In this document: piece after piece, positions 38,695-48,600 of the stretch
Position numbering within the stretch: position 1 is the first letter of the stretch
Layout of the letters: every line of letters starts with the position of its first letter
DNA from: Vagococcus sp.
GTDB taxonomy: Bacteria > Bacillota > Bacilli > Lactobacillales > Vagococcaceae
Reading direction: 5' to 3'
Assembly: GCF_036639995.1 (NCBI RefSeq)
Contig: NZ_JAVWHO010000004.1
Span: 4,045-68,044, forward strand
DNA length: 64,000 bases
Notes under the pieces: model-generated
Told to the model about the DNA's origin: nothing
Seen by the model: the letters and a program-made list of their open reading frames with translations, nothing else
Database searches by the model: none
Translations under genes and position numbers: made by a program

Positions 38695-40194
38695 ATGACA
38701 AAAGAACAAGAATTTTTAGCTTACTTAAAAGAAATATCTTTATTAAACGAAGCTGTGGGACTAGCTGAATGGGACAGCCAAACAGGTATGCCAGAAAAAG
38801 GCTCTAGTTACCGAGCTGAAATGTCTAGTTATTTATCTGGTCTTGCATTTGATAAAGCAACGAATGAAACAATGGCAGATTTCATTGCGTTTTTTGAAGA
38901 AAATCCAGAAGAATTATCTGATTTTGGAAAAGATGTTTACAATAAAACAAAAGAAAACTATGATTTGAATAATAATATTCCAGTTGCGTCGTTCCAAGAA
39001 TACATGAAACTTCTTTCAAATGCCCACAGCACATGGGTTAAATCAAGAGAAGCGAAAGATTATAGTGTATTTAAAGAAACTCTTGAAAAAATTATCAAGA
39101 TGACTAAAGAGTTTATTCCTCTTTGGAAAAAGCAAGAAGCAACTAATTATGATGTGTTATTAAATCAGTATGAACCTGGAATGACAACAGAAATTTTAGA
39201 CGATGTTTTTTCTCAAGTTAAAGAGGGTATTATGTCCATTCGAAAAGAGATTGAAGAAAAGGGGCAAGTACCTAGAACTGATTTTGTTCATTACAACGTT
39301 CCGATTAAAGTGCAAGAAGAGTTTGTGACGACAGTGATTAAACGACTAGGTTATGATTTTTCAAGAGGTCGTTTAGATAATACCGTGCATCCGTTCATGT
39401 TAGATTTGAATCGTAATGATGCTCGAATTACAACTCGTTGGATGGAAAATGATTTTTCTGTGGCAACGTTTGGTACGATTCATGAGGCAGGACATGGTAT
39501 GTATGAGCAAAATATTGATGCAAAATATGATTACACGCCATTAGCAGGTGGAACATCAATGGGAATTCATGAATCTCAATCATTATTTAACGAAATTATT
39601 ATTGGTGGTAGTCAAGCATTTTGGCAAAAACAATATCCGTTATTACAATCATTATCAGGAGATACGTTTAAAGAAATCAATGCAGAAACATTCTACAACG
39701 GCTTGAAGGAAACTAAGTCTAGTTTGATTCGTATTGAGTCAGATTCATTAACCTATCCACTTCATATCATTATTCGTTATGAAATTGAGAAAATGATTTT
39801 TAACGATGAGATTGAATTAGAAAACTTACCACAAATTTGGAATGATAAATATGAAGAATACTTAGGAATTCGTCCAGAAAATGATTTAGAAGGTATTTTA
39901 CAAGATGTTCATTGGTCAGGTGGAAGTTTTGGGTACTTCCCGTCTTATGCTTTAGGGTATATGTACGCAGCTCAACTTCATCATGCAATGAATCAAGAGA
40001 TAAATGTAGAAGATATTCTTGCTTCTGATGATTATTCACCGATTAGAGAATGGTTAACCAAAAATATTCATCAATATGGTAGCTCAAGAAAACCAAACCA
40101 ATTAATTATGGATGCTACAGGAGAGGCTTTGAATCCTGAGTATTTAATCAATTATATGCGTGACTTATATTTTAACGTATATGGCATAAAATAA
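38695..40194 (+). CDS. Carboxypeptidase, M32 family
   Basis: HPF, HEAGH, HESQS, IRYEIE, LQDVHW, GYFPSYALG. Confidence 0.96.
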   Translation: MTKEQEFLAYLKEISLLNEAVGLAEWDSQTGMPEKGSSYRAEMSSYLSGLAFDKATNETMADFIAFFEENPEELSDFGKDVYNKTKENYDLNNNIPVASFQEYMKLLSNAHSTWVKSREAKDYSVFKETLEKIIKMTKEFIPLWKKQEATNYDVLLNQYEPGMTTEILDDVFSQVKEGIMSIRKEIEEKGQVPRTDFVHYNVPIKVQEEFVTTVIKRLGYDFSRGRLDNTVHPFMLDLNRNDARITTRWMENDFSVATFGTIHEAGHGMYEQNIDAKYDYTPLAGGTSMGIHESQSLFNEIIIGGSQAFWQKQYPLLQSLSGDTFKEINAETFYNGLKETKSSLIRIESDSLTYPLHIIIRYEIEKMIFNDEIELENLPQIWNDKYEEYLGIRPENDLEGILQDVHWSGGSFGYFPSYALGYMYAAQLHHAMNQEINVEDILASDDYSPIREWLTKNIHQYGSSRKPNQLIMDATGEALNPEYLINYMRDLYFNVYGIK

Positions 40195-40314
40195 AAGATA
40201 GACCCAAGTAAAACATCAACGGTGTTTCATTTGGGTCTTTTTTAATATGGATAAATAGTGTAGTAAAATGTGATAAACTTAACCTATAAATTAAATAAAG
40301 CGAGGGAAGTTAAT

Positions 40315-41178
40315 ATGAGATTAGGAGCAATTGAAGCTGGAGGAACAAAATTTGTGTGTGCAGTTAGTGATGAGAATCTGACAATTATTGAAAGAATAAC
40401 TATTCCAACAACGACACCAAAGGAAACAATGAAAGCTGTCTACACTTTTTTTGATAAATATCAGGTGGAAGCTATTGGTATTGGTTCATTTGGACCAATT
40501 GATGTTAATCCATTGTCTGAAACTTATGGAAATATTACATCAACCCCAAAACCAGGATGGCAAAACTTTCCTTTTTTAACAGAGATGAAAAAAAGATATG
40601 CTATTCCTTTTGCTTGGACAACGGATGTGAATGCAGCTGCGTATGGTGAACTAAAAAACGGTGCTGCTCGTCAAAAAAGGAGCTGTATGTATCTAACGGT
40701 CGGAACAGGTATTGGTGCCGGAATAGTGGTGAATGAAAAAATAATTCAAGGCTTTTCTCATCCAGAAGCTGGTCACGTTCTTATTAGAAGACACAGCAAA
40801 GATGATTATGAGGGAAACTGCCCATTTCACAAAGATTGCTTGGAAGGAATGGCATCAGGGCCAGCTATCGAGAAACGTTTTAAAAAGCCATCAAAAGAAC
40901 TATCAAAAGAACATCCAGCTTGGTCACTAGAAGCCTATTATCTAGCTCAAGCTCTTGTTGGGTATACATTAACATTATCACCTGAAATAATCATTTTAGG
41001 CGGTGGTGTTATGAAGCAAACACAACTATTTTCTATGATACAAGAAGAGTTTAAAAAGCTATTGAATCATTACGTTGAAACGCCTCCTGTTGAAGCCTAC
41101 ATTGTTCCTTGTGAGCTAGGAGATAATGCAGGAATTGTTGGATGTTTACTTCTTGCAAAGGATAAATTAAACAGCTAA
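40315..41178 (+). CDS. scrK: ROK-family fructokinase; start revised to ATG 40315
   Basis: IEAGGTKF, TTDVN, TVGTGIG, HPEAGH, CPFHKDCLEG. Confidence 0.9.
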   Translation: MRLGAIEAGGTKFVCAVSDENLTIIERITIPTTTPKETMKAVYTFFDKYQVEAIGIGSFGPIDVNPLSETYGNITSTPKPGWQNFPFLTEMKKRYAIPFAWTTDVNAAAYGELKNGAARQKRSCMYLTVGTGIGAGIVVNEKIIQGFSHPEAGHVLIRRHSKDDYEGNCPFHKDCLEGMASGPAIEKRFKKPSKELSKEHPAWSLEAYYLAQALVGYTLTLSPEIIILGGGVMKQTQLFSMIQEEFKKLLNHYVETPPVEAYIVPCELGDNAGIVGCLLLAKDKLNS

Positions 41179-41264
41179 AGAATGTTTTATGAAAAAGAGG
41201 GTTGTACTCTTAAGTGATGAACGGTAAAATGAATCAGAATAAAAAATTTATTGAGGGACATTGA

Positions 41265-42608
41265 ATGACAAATAAAAAAAGAAAGTTTTTTAAAATTAGT
41301 AATGTTCAATTTATAGCGTTAATGTTTTTAATGATTATTTTTATAGGCTCAGTTTTATTGTGGCTACCTATCATGCATCAACCAGGACAAAATTTACCGT
41401 ATATTGATTCTTTATTTGTTGCAACATCCGCAGTATGTGTGACAGGCTTAACGCCAATCAATATTTCAGAAGTATTAAATCCATTAGGTCAAACCGTTAT
41501 GATGGTATTAATAGAACTTGGTGGTCTTGGCTTTATGTCAGTGGCTTTGATTTTAGCCTTAATGTTTAAAAAAAGATTATCTTTTCAATCAAGACTTTTA
41601 ATGAAAGACATGCTTAATTTAGATAGTCATGGTGGTGTTGTTAAACTATTGAAATTTGTTATTCGCTTTTCATTTGTGGTTCAATTGATCGGCGCGATTT
41701 CTTTAGCAACACAGTTTATTCCAGAATATGGAATAAAGAAGGGACTATTTTTTAGTGTTTTTCATTCCATATCCGCTTTTTGTAATGCAGGCTTTGATTT
41801 ATTTGGAGATAGTTTACTAGGTTATAAGGACAATAGTTTTGTGTTAGTCGTTATTGCACTTCTGATACTCTCAGGTGGTTTTGGATTTATAGTATGGTAT
41901 GATTTGATTCACTTTAAGAAAGAGCGTAAATTATCACTTCATACAAAAATCGCTTTATGCGTCTCAGCATTTCTCGTTGTATTTGGAACGGTTATTTTCT
42001 TTTTTACAGATGCAGCAGGAACAAATGGATTGGGCAATAAACTAGCAAACAGTTTCTTCTTGAGTGTGACTCCAAGAACAGCAGGATTTGCATCGATTGA
42101 TTACGGAGCAATGAGTTATGCTGGAATTATTTTAACCATTGTGTTGATGTTTGTTGGTGGTACCTCAGGCTCAACAGCAGGTGGAGTTAAAACAACGACG
42201 ATTGGTGTTTTAATTGTTCAACTATTTAGTTTGTTAAAGGGAAGAGAAGATGCTGAAGGATTTGGTAGAACAATTCCATTAAAAACGGTATTAAAAGCCT
42301 TTATGTTTGTATTTTTCTCAAGTTTGATTTGTTTTGTTAGTTCATTGGTCTTAGCGATGACAGAAGCCATTCCTTATCAATCTGGAATAGAATATGTTTT
42401 GTTTGAAGTCGTTTCAGCTTTTGCCACGGTTGGTTTAACAATGGGATTAACACCAAATTTAACAGTCTTTGGTAAACTACTAATTATGTCATTGATGTTT
42501 ATTGGTCGTGTAGGCTTGTATACAGTTATTTTTGCGTTAATTAGGAAAGAAGTTAGTGCACAAAGCTATAAATTCAATTACCCAAAAGAAAATGTTTTAG
42601 TTGGATAA
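41265..42608 (+). CDS. TrkH/KtrB-family potassium uptake membrane subunit
   Basis: Pore motifs SAVCVTGL, SAFCNAGF, RTAGF, SAFATVGL; MFIGRVG. Confidence 0.94.
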   Translation: MTNKKRKFFKISNVQFIALMFLMIIFIGSVLLWLPIMHQPGQNLPYIDSLFVATSAVCVTGLTPINISEVLNPLGQTVMMVLIELGGLGFMSVALILALMFKKRLSFQSRLLMKDMLNLDSHGGVVKLLKFVIRFSFVVQLIGAISLATQFIPEYGIKKGLFFSVFHSISAFCNAGFDLFGDSLLGYKDNSFVLVVIALLILSGGFGFIVWYDLIHFKKERKLSLHTKIALCVSAFLVVFGTVIFFFTDAAGTNGLGNKLANSFFLSVTPRTAGFASIDYGAMSYAGIILTIVLMFVGGTSGSTAGGVKTTTIGVLIVQLFSLLKGREDAEGFGRTIPLKTVLKAFMFVFFSSLICFVSSLVLAMTEAIPYQSGIEYVLFEVVSAFATVGLTMGLTPNLTVFGKLLIMSLMFIGRVGLYTVIFALIRKEVSAQSYKFNYPKENVLVG

Positions 42609-42634
42609 AAAAAGCCGAATTCTCGGCTTTTTTT
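42607..42634 (+). terminator. Intrinsic terminator
   Basis: AAAAAAAGCCGA-attc-TCGGCTTTTTTT. Confidence 0.8.
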
Positions 42635-42750
42635 CTTACAGTAAACTAAGTATAAAATGAAGAAAATTTCATGAAAAAACGATTTTTCTTAAAAAAAAGC
42701 ATGATATGTATTATAATGAGCATATCATAAGATAAGGGAGAGAAAAGAAT

Positions 42751-43641
42751 ATGATAGATGAGAAAAAATTGAAAGTCATGTCAGAAAAGCCAGGTTTTAT
42801 AGCAGCCCTAGATCAAAGTGGCGGTAGTACACCAGCTATTTTAAGAGCTTATGGTATTCCAGATGAAACGTATCAAACAAATGAAGAGATGTTTAATTTA
42901 ATGCATGACATGAGATATCGTATTATTGTTAGTCCAGATTTTTCTTCTGAACATATTTTAGCCGCTATTTTATTTAGTGACACGATTAAAAGAACCATTG
43001 AAGGCATTAACACTTGTGAGTATTTGTGGGAGAAAAAAGGAATTATTCCTTTCTTAAAAATTGATCAAGGTTTAGATGTTGTGAGAAGTGGTGCGCAAAT
43101 GATGAAACCAATTGAAAATTTAGAAGAAAAATTAGTGGAAGCTAAAAAACATTATATTTTTGGAACAAAAGCACGCTCTCTTATTTTAAATGCTAATGAA
43201 GTTGGTATTAAGGAAGTTGTGGAACAACAATTTGATTTAGCTAAAACTATTTTTGCTCATGACTTAATTCCAATTATCGAGCCTGAAATTGATATCCATA
43301 GTCCTGAAAAAGCAAAATCAGAAGCACTGTTAAAAGATGAATTGAAAAAACAATTAGATCAATTAGATGATGATGTAAAAGTTATTCTGAAACTAACATT
43401 GCCATCAGTTCCAGATTTTTATCATGAATTCATTGATCATCCAAACGTTGTTAGAGTGGTGGCTCTTTCTGGTGGTTATCGAAAAGCAGAGGCAGATAAA
43501 AAATTAAGCGAAAATCATGGAATGATTGCTAGTTTTTCTAGAGCATTAGAAGAAGGTCTTGCCTATCAAGAAACAGATATGGAGTTTGAATTTGCTTTAA
43601 AAGAAAGCATCGATTCAATATTTGAAGCATCGATTCAGTAA
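42751..43641 (+). CDS. fda: Class I fructose-bisphosphate aldolase
   Basis: GFIAALDQSGGSTP, FLKIDQG, PIIEPE, Schiff-base ILKLTLP, VVALSGG, ASFSRAL. Confidence 0.93.
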   Translation: MIDEKKLKVMSEKPGFIAALDQSGGSTPAILRAYGIPDETYQTNEEMFNLMHDMRYRIIVSPDFSSEHILAAILFSDTIKRTIEGINTCEYLWEKKGIIPFLKIDQGLDVVRSGAQMMKPIENLEEKLVEAKKHYIFGTKARSLILNANEVGIKEVVEQQFDLAKTIFAHDLIPIIEPEIDIHSPEKAKSEALLKDELKKQLDQLDDDVKVILKLTLPSVPDFYHEFIDHPNVVRVVALSGGYRKAEADKKLSENHGMIASFSRALEEGLAYQETDMEFEFALKESIDSIFEASIQ

Positions 43642-43765
43642 AAAGTTAAAGATAAGAAGTGAGGAGGTCTATTGATCTGTTCACTTTTTTTATTTTTGCT
43701 AGTAAGCTTATTAACTGTTTTTTTTAATAAAAATTGGTATGATGTGTGAGATTGGAGTGGTCAAT

Positions 43766-44440
43766 ATGAAGAAGACTTTAGTAATTATTGCTCATCCGGA
43801 AGTCGAAAGTTCGAGTGTTCAGCGTTTTTTAATTGATAGTATAAAAGAATTACCATGTGTTGATCATTATCTTCTAAGAGAAGAGACACCAGATGTTTTA
43901 GCTGATAGAGTTAAATTAAAACAATATCAGCGGATTATTTTTCAATTTCCTATGTACTGGTATAGTGCACCATATATACTAAAAAAATGGTTGGACGAGG
44001 TATTTTCAGTCGAATTTGCTGAAAACCATCTAACTGATAAAGAACTAGGAATTGTTGTGAGTTTGGGTCTTTCAGAACAAAATTTTGCTTCTGGTAGGTC
44101 TGAAAAATATACACTTTCTGAAATTTTTAGACCATTTGAGGCGTTGGCAAATAAATGCCATATGATATTTTTACCAATTTTTTCAATTCCTTTATTCTCT
44201 TACTTAGAAGAAAAAGAAAAGAAAAAGCTGCTTATAGCATATGAGCAATATCTAACGAAAGAAAACCTAGCAACATTCCAAAGTAAGGAAACATGGTTTA
44301 AAGAAAAATTAAATCATATGATAGAGGGTAATACGGAAGAAAAAGAAAAGCTAGCTAATATACTTAGTGTAATGGAAGCAAATCGAGAAGAACTTGAGGA
44401 TTTGTTAGTAATAGTTAAAGAGATGAGGCTTGAAGAATGA
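43766..44440 (+). CDS. Flavodoxin-like NAD(P)H-dependent oxidoreductase (KefF/YwrO type) with helical C-terminal extension
   Basis: MKKTLVIIAHP and IIFQFPMYWYSAPYILKKWLDEV. Confidence 0.85.
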   Translation: MKKTLVIIAHPEVESSSVQRFLIDSIKELPCVDHYLLREETPDVLADRVKLKQYQRIIFQFPMYWYSAPYILKKWLDEVFSVEFAENHLTDKELGIVVSLGLSEQNFASGRSEKYTLSEIFRPFEALANKCHMIFLPIFSIPLFSYLEEKEKKKLLIAYEQYLTKENLATFQSKETWFKEKLNHMIEGNTEEKEKLANILSVMEANREELEDLLVIVKEMRLEE

Positions 44441-44613
44441 GCGAAAAAGAATGGGTATTATTAGAAGTAAAAGAGCTCGCTGAAAAAGCCCAAAGTTATG
44501 AAAAGAAAGCCTTTTTTCAAGAACTTGAAGAAATAATACTAGAACAATATAAACGTATTGACCAAGCAAAAAGCGAATTAGATGGAAACTTATGGAGCCC
44601 TAAAAAATGGTGA
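44437..44613 (+). CDS. 58-aa hypothetical protein missed by the ORF track
   Basis: MSEKEWVLLEVKELAEKAQSYEKKAFFQELEEIILEQYKRIDQAKSELDGNLWSPKKW; ATGA overlap with the upstream stop; typical codon usage. Confidence 0.75.
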   Translation: MSEKEWVLLEVKELAEKAQSYEKKAFFQELEEIILEQYKRIDQAKSELDGNLWSPKKW

Positions 44614-44679
44614 AAACACTTTATTTTCCCTTTTTTTATAGTATACTAGTGAAAAGACTTGAAAATTTTAGGTGATGAG

Positions 44680-45261
44680 ATGAGAAAAAAAATTATTTTA
44701 TTATTATTGATCCCTTCTTTATTTTTAGTAAGTTGTGGAAAAAAAGAAAAAGCCCAATCTACTAAAGTAAGTACTGAGGATAAAGGGATGGTCATTAAAG
44801 ATGATGAAAAAAAAAGAAGCGACATAATTAATAATATTTTAGTAGGAAAATCTAAAATAAGTTTTAATAATACTTCTTATGATGTGATGTCAGATGGTGA
44901 ATTTACTCAAAGTAATTTATGGGGAACATTCCAAAATAAAAAAGACAAAAAAACGAGTATCCAAATCAACGCCTCAGACAATGAACAAAAAATTTATGGT
45001 GATTTGTCTGGCTATGAGCTTGAAGATGTTAAATGGGATGTTGAGGAACCTGTTCAGTATTTGGGTGTAATGGAAGAAGCTTTACAGTATTCAACAGATA
45101 AGAAAACATTAATGTTTAAAGCACGTACTGGAGATGTTATTTTTTCAGTTACAATGTTTGGTAAAGAAAAATTAACTAATAAAAATGTTTTGGAATTGAA
45201 AAAATTAGCAAAAGGAATTAAGGTAGAGTTTGTTAATGGGCAAGCGACTACCAATCAATAA
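44680..45261 (+). CDS. Hypothetical lipoprotein
   Basis: MRKK-hydrophobic-FLVS|C lipobox followed by a K-rich linker; AGGTGA SD. Confidence 0.75.
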   Translation: MRKKIILLLLIPSLFLVSCGKKEKAQSTKVSTEDKGMVIKDDEKKRSDIINNILVGKSKISFNNTSYDVMSDGEFTQSNLWGTFQNKKDKKTSIQINASDNEQKIYGDLSGYELEDVKWDVEEPVQYLGVMEEALQYSTDKKTLMFKARTGDVIFSVTMFGKEKLTNKNVLELKKLAKGIKVEFVNGQATTNQ

Positions 45262-45355
45262 AGATGACAAAAAAGAGCAAATGAACTAAAATAAGTCATT
45301 GTTCTTTTTTTATTTAAAATATTTTGTTTTTAAATTGTCGCGATTTGTTAATAGT

Positions 45356-45384
45356 TTGATATGCAGTCGTAATATTTGTATAAT
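45356..45384 (+). promoter_or_regulatory. sigma-A-type promoter of the ABC pair
   Basis: TTGATA-N17-TATAAT. Confidence 0.6.
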
Positions 45385-45440
45385 ATCATGGGTTAGTAGT
45401 TCTGTATTAACGGGATGATTTAGAAAGGAAAAAAATAATT

Positions 45441-46313
45441 ATGACAATAGAAATTAGAGGGATGTCTAAAACAGCAGATGATCTTCTAGTCTTGAATGAT
45501 GTTGATCTAGTTTTAAAAGAAAAAACTATTTATGGTTTACTAGGCCAGAACGATTCAGGAAAAACAACATTAATGCGTTTAATCGCACATTTAAGATTTC
45601 CAACAGAAGGATATATTGAAGTTGATCAACTTGATATAGAAGATCATCCAGAAGCGTTACAAAATGTTTATTTTCAAACGCATGATAACATTTACCCTAA
45701 ACGAGCAAAATTAAAGCATATTGTAAAATGGATGGGGCAATTTTATCCAAATTTTCAAACAGAGGTTTGCCAATCACTTATTGAAAAATATCATTTAGAT
45801 GAAAATGATTACTTTAGAAAATTGCCTTTAAAGAAAAAAACATTATTTAGAAGTTGTTTAGCTTTTAGTAATGATGTAGATTACTTATTGCTGGATGAAC
45901 CAGCATTTTCTCTTGATGCTTATCATAGAAATGCTCTTTATCATGACTTACAGGCGAGTTTTGATCGTCATCCAAAAACAATTATTCTGTCAACGCATGC
46001 TATTGATGAAATTGAAGAATTAATTGAACGAGTTGTTATTTTAGAAGATGGACAAGTCTTGATTGATGACAACGTGGAAACACTTATTAGTCGCGCTTAC
46101 TCAGTTAAAGGTGAAGAACGCGATGTCCGTGAATTTTTACAACAGAAACAGATTTTAGGTCAAGAATATCGTAATGGGATTATTAAAGCGTATGTTCAGT
46201 TAGAAAAAGAAGAATTGCCAAAATCAGATCAATTAGAATTAAAACCGTTAAACTTACAAGAATTGTTTATACAATTAACTCGTGATGTATACGGGGATAG
46301 AGGGGGAGAATAA
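45441..46313 (+). CDS. ABC transporter ATP-binding protein (YtrB-like) with non-canonical motifs
   Basis: Walker A GQNDSGKT, Walker B LLLDEP, H-loop STH; signature region reads LPLKKK. Confidence 0.85.
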   Translation: MTIEIRGMSKTADDLLVLNDVDLVLKEKTIYGLLGQNDSGKTTLMRLIAHLRFPTEGYIEVDQLDIEDHPEALQNVYFQTHDNIYPKRAKLKHIVKWMGQFYPNFQTEVCQSLIEKYHLDENDYFRKLPLKKKTLFRSCLAFSNDVDYLLLDEPAFSLDAYHRNALYHDLQASFDRHPKTIILSTHAIDEIEELIERVVILEDGQVLIDDNVETLISRAYSVKGEERDVREFLQQKQILGQEYRNGIIKAYVQLEKEELPKSDQLELKPLNLQELFIQLTRDVYGDRGGE

Positions 46314-46315
46314 GT

Positions 46316-47071
46316 ATGAATAAAAAGGCTGTTATTCTGACCCAATTAATCCAGCAATTAAAATTATTAGCAATTTTTATTGGATTTTATATTTTGTTTT
46401 TAATAGGAGCAACAGGAATTGAAAAGATGACAACTTTGAATGTCTCTTTTGACGGTATTAGTTATGTTTTAGTGATGTACCTTGTTGTTTTTACTTGGAT
46501 GAGTTTTTTAACAAATATTACATTGTATAGCTATCATTCATACAGTAGGAAAACAATTTTAAATCGTACGGTTATTGTTCAGTTGATTATTAGTTTTATC
46601 TCAAGTTTATTAATTGAAGCACACAATCTTTTGATGACATACATCCCATTTTTCTCGTTTATCGAACCAGATGATAGCGTGAGAGTGGTGTATACAAATC
46701 AACTTACGTCACAAGAAGGTCTACGTTATGTGTTATCAATCATTTTTGTAACATTAGTCATTTTTAGTGTGTTACTACTAACTGATTTAGTGTTAATTGC
46801 CACGTATTCAATGAGAAAAAGAACGGTAATAATTATTCTCTTTACTTTACTAGTGCTTATTTTAGGTGCATTGTTTAGTTTACCTTATTGGTCGAAAGAA
46901 ATGTTAAGCCTTATGATTACCGTACTAGGTTTTGTCTCAGGTACAGGGCAATCAATTGTACCAAGCATAGTTATTCCGGCTATTTTACTTGTTTTAGTTG
47001 GTGTTATCTCGTATTTTATTAGCTTAAAATTAGTCAAAAAACTTGAGGTACACAAATCTATATTTATTTAA
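46316..47071 (+). CDS. ABC-2-type membrane subunit (about 6 TM)
   Basis: Highly hydrophobic; 2 nt after the ATPase stop; terminator downstream. Confidence 0.75.
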   Translation: MNKKAVILTQLIQQLKLLAIFIGFYILFLIGATGIEKMTTLNVSFDGISYVLVMYLVVFTWMSFLTNITLYSYHSYSRKTILNRTVIVQLIISFISSLLIEAHNLLMTYIPFFSFIEPDDSVRVVYTNQLTSQEGLRYVLSIIFVTLVIFSVLLLTDLVLIATYSMRKRTVIIILFTLLVLILGALFSLPYWSKEMLSLMITVLGFVSGTGQSIVPSIVIPAILLVLVGVISYFISLKLVKKLEVHKSIFI

Positions 47072-47224
47072 TATTCATAAAGTTTCTCTATCTATTTATG
47101 CAGATAGGGAAACTTTTTTCTTTAAATATTAAATAAACCCCAATATTTTGAAATTGTGGTATAATGTTTTAAATTTGATTTTAACGTAGTAATTAAAATC
47201 ACATAGCTTGAAGGGAGATACACA

Positions 47225-47974
47225 ATGAAATCATTAGTTAATTTTAGAGATATAGGAAATATACCAACAGTTGATGGACGAACAGTCAAGTCAGGCTTCT
47301 TTTTAAGAAGTGGTGAAGTCGTTAATGTTGAAAATACAGTTATAGATCGCTTACTAAACGAGTATCGTTTACGGACTATTGTTGATTTAAGAGGAAAAAA
47401 AGAAACGACAGAGCGTCCAGATGACAAAATAGTTGGTGTTGATTACGTTAATATTGATATTTTAAAAGATGTTAAGGGGCAAGGAGCTAGTTTTGAGGAG
47501 TTACTTCAAGGTTCACACTCAGCAGATAAAGGTATGTTTGATTTATATGAAGAGTTAATTCTAACAAAGGGTGCAAAAAAAGGTTATCAACAATTTTTAG
47601 AAATGATTGTTTCTAATCCAGAAAATCCTATTTTATTCCATTGTTTTGCTGGAAAAGATAGAACAGGTTTAGCAGCAGCTTTGATTTTAGGAAGTTTAGG
47701 TGTTTCTAAAGACTTAATTTTTAAAGATTATTTATTAACTAATGAATTAAGAAAACCAGCAAACCAACAAATTATAGATCAACTGAAAACGCAAGGATTA
47801 ACAGATGATCAATTACAAGAAGTATTAGTGATGATGAATGTTGATCAACGTTATTTAGATCATTCCTTTAAAATTATAGATCAAGAATTTGGTGGCTTTG
47901 AAAAATATGTTGTAGATGAATTAAACATGTCAGCTGGTTTCTTTGATGAAATGAAAAATGCTTACACAGCTTAA
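47225..47974 (+). CDS. Tyrosine-protein phosphatase family (Y_phosphatase3)
   Basis: NFRDIG, IVDLR, P-loop HCFAGKDRTG, DYLLTN. Confidence 0.93.
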   Translation: MKSLVNFRDIGNIPTVDGRTVKSGFFLRSGEVVNVENTVIDRLLNEYRLRTIVDLRGKKETTERPDDKIVGVDYVNIDILKDVKGQGASFEELLQGSHSADKGMFDLYEELILTKGAKKGYQQFLEMIVSNPENPILFHCFAGKDRTGLAAALILGSLGVSKDLIFKDYLLTNELRKPANQQIIDQLKTQGLTDDQLQEVLVMMNVDQRYLDHSFKIIDQEFGGFEKYVVDELNMSAGFFDEMKNAYTA

Positions 47975-48026
47975 ATAAAAAAGAAATGACTTCGCTTGTT
48001 TTTTACGAGGTCATTTCTTTTTCACT

Positions 48027-48506
48027 TTATTTAGAATAGGTTTTATGTTCCAAATTAAGTAAAAATTCCTTGATAAGTGCACCATTTGTGGAGTTACCCA
48101 TATATCCGCCAAGTGTGCCATTTTTTGCAGTTACACGGTGACATGGAATAATAATGGGAATTGGATTTTTTTTATTTGCTTGACCAACTGCTTGTTGTGC
48201 TTTAGGAGAATTAACAGCTTGGGCAATTTCTTGATAGTTTCTAATTTCACCGTAAGGAACATCAATTAGAGCACGCCAAACATTTTTTTGAAAATCAGTA
48301 CCAACTGTTAGATGTAGTGGTACAGTGAACTGAATAGGTTTACCGTTAAAATAAGCAGTTAGTTCTTTTTTAGCTAAATCAAGATGTTTTTTCATAGAAT
48401 CAGTTAAATCGGGTTCTTTTAGTGGTGCGTCAACATAATGGATAGCAGTAATGCCTAAATCATCTACTTCAATCCATAATTTGAGAAAATCAAACTCTAA
48501 ATACAT
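48027..48506 (-). CDS. ogt: Methylated-DNA--protein-cysteine methyltransferase
   Basis: FQKNVW..L..VPYGE, AVGQAN..NP..IIIPCHRV. Confidence 0.96.
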   Translation of the reverse strand: MYLEFDFLKLWIEVDDLGITAIHYVDAPLKEPDLTDSMKKHLDLAKKELTAYFNGKPIQFTVPLHLTVGTDFQKNVWRALIDVPYGEIRNYQEIAQAVNSPKAQQAVGQANKKNPIPIIIPCHRVTAKNGTLGGYMGNSTNGALIKEFLLNLEHKTYSK

Positions 48507-48600
48507 TATGTCACATCCTTTTGTAATCTCATAATATCCGATTTTAATAACTTATGGTAGTATTAAGCAGTATAGATATAGGGAAAGGTAAGTTTTTTTA

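Noticed and set aside
41179-41264. Possible c-di-AMP riboswitch upstream of the Ktr/Trk gene
   Set aside because: The intergenic region is only 86 nt and lacks ydaO-type conserved sequence or structure.
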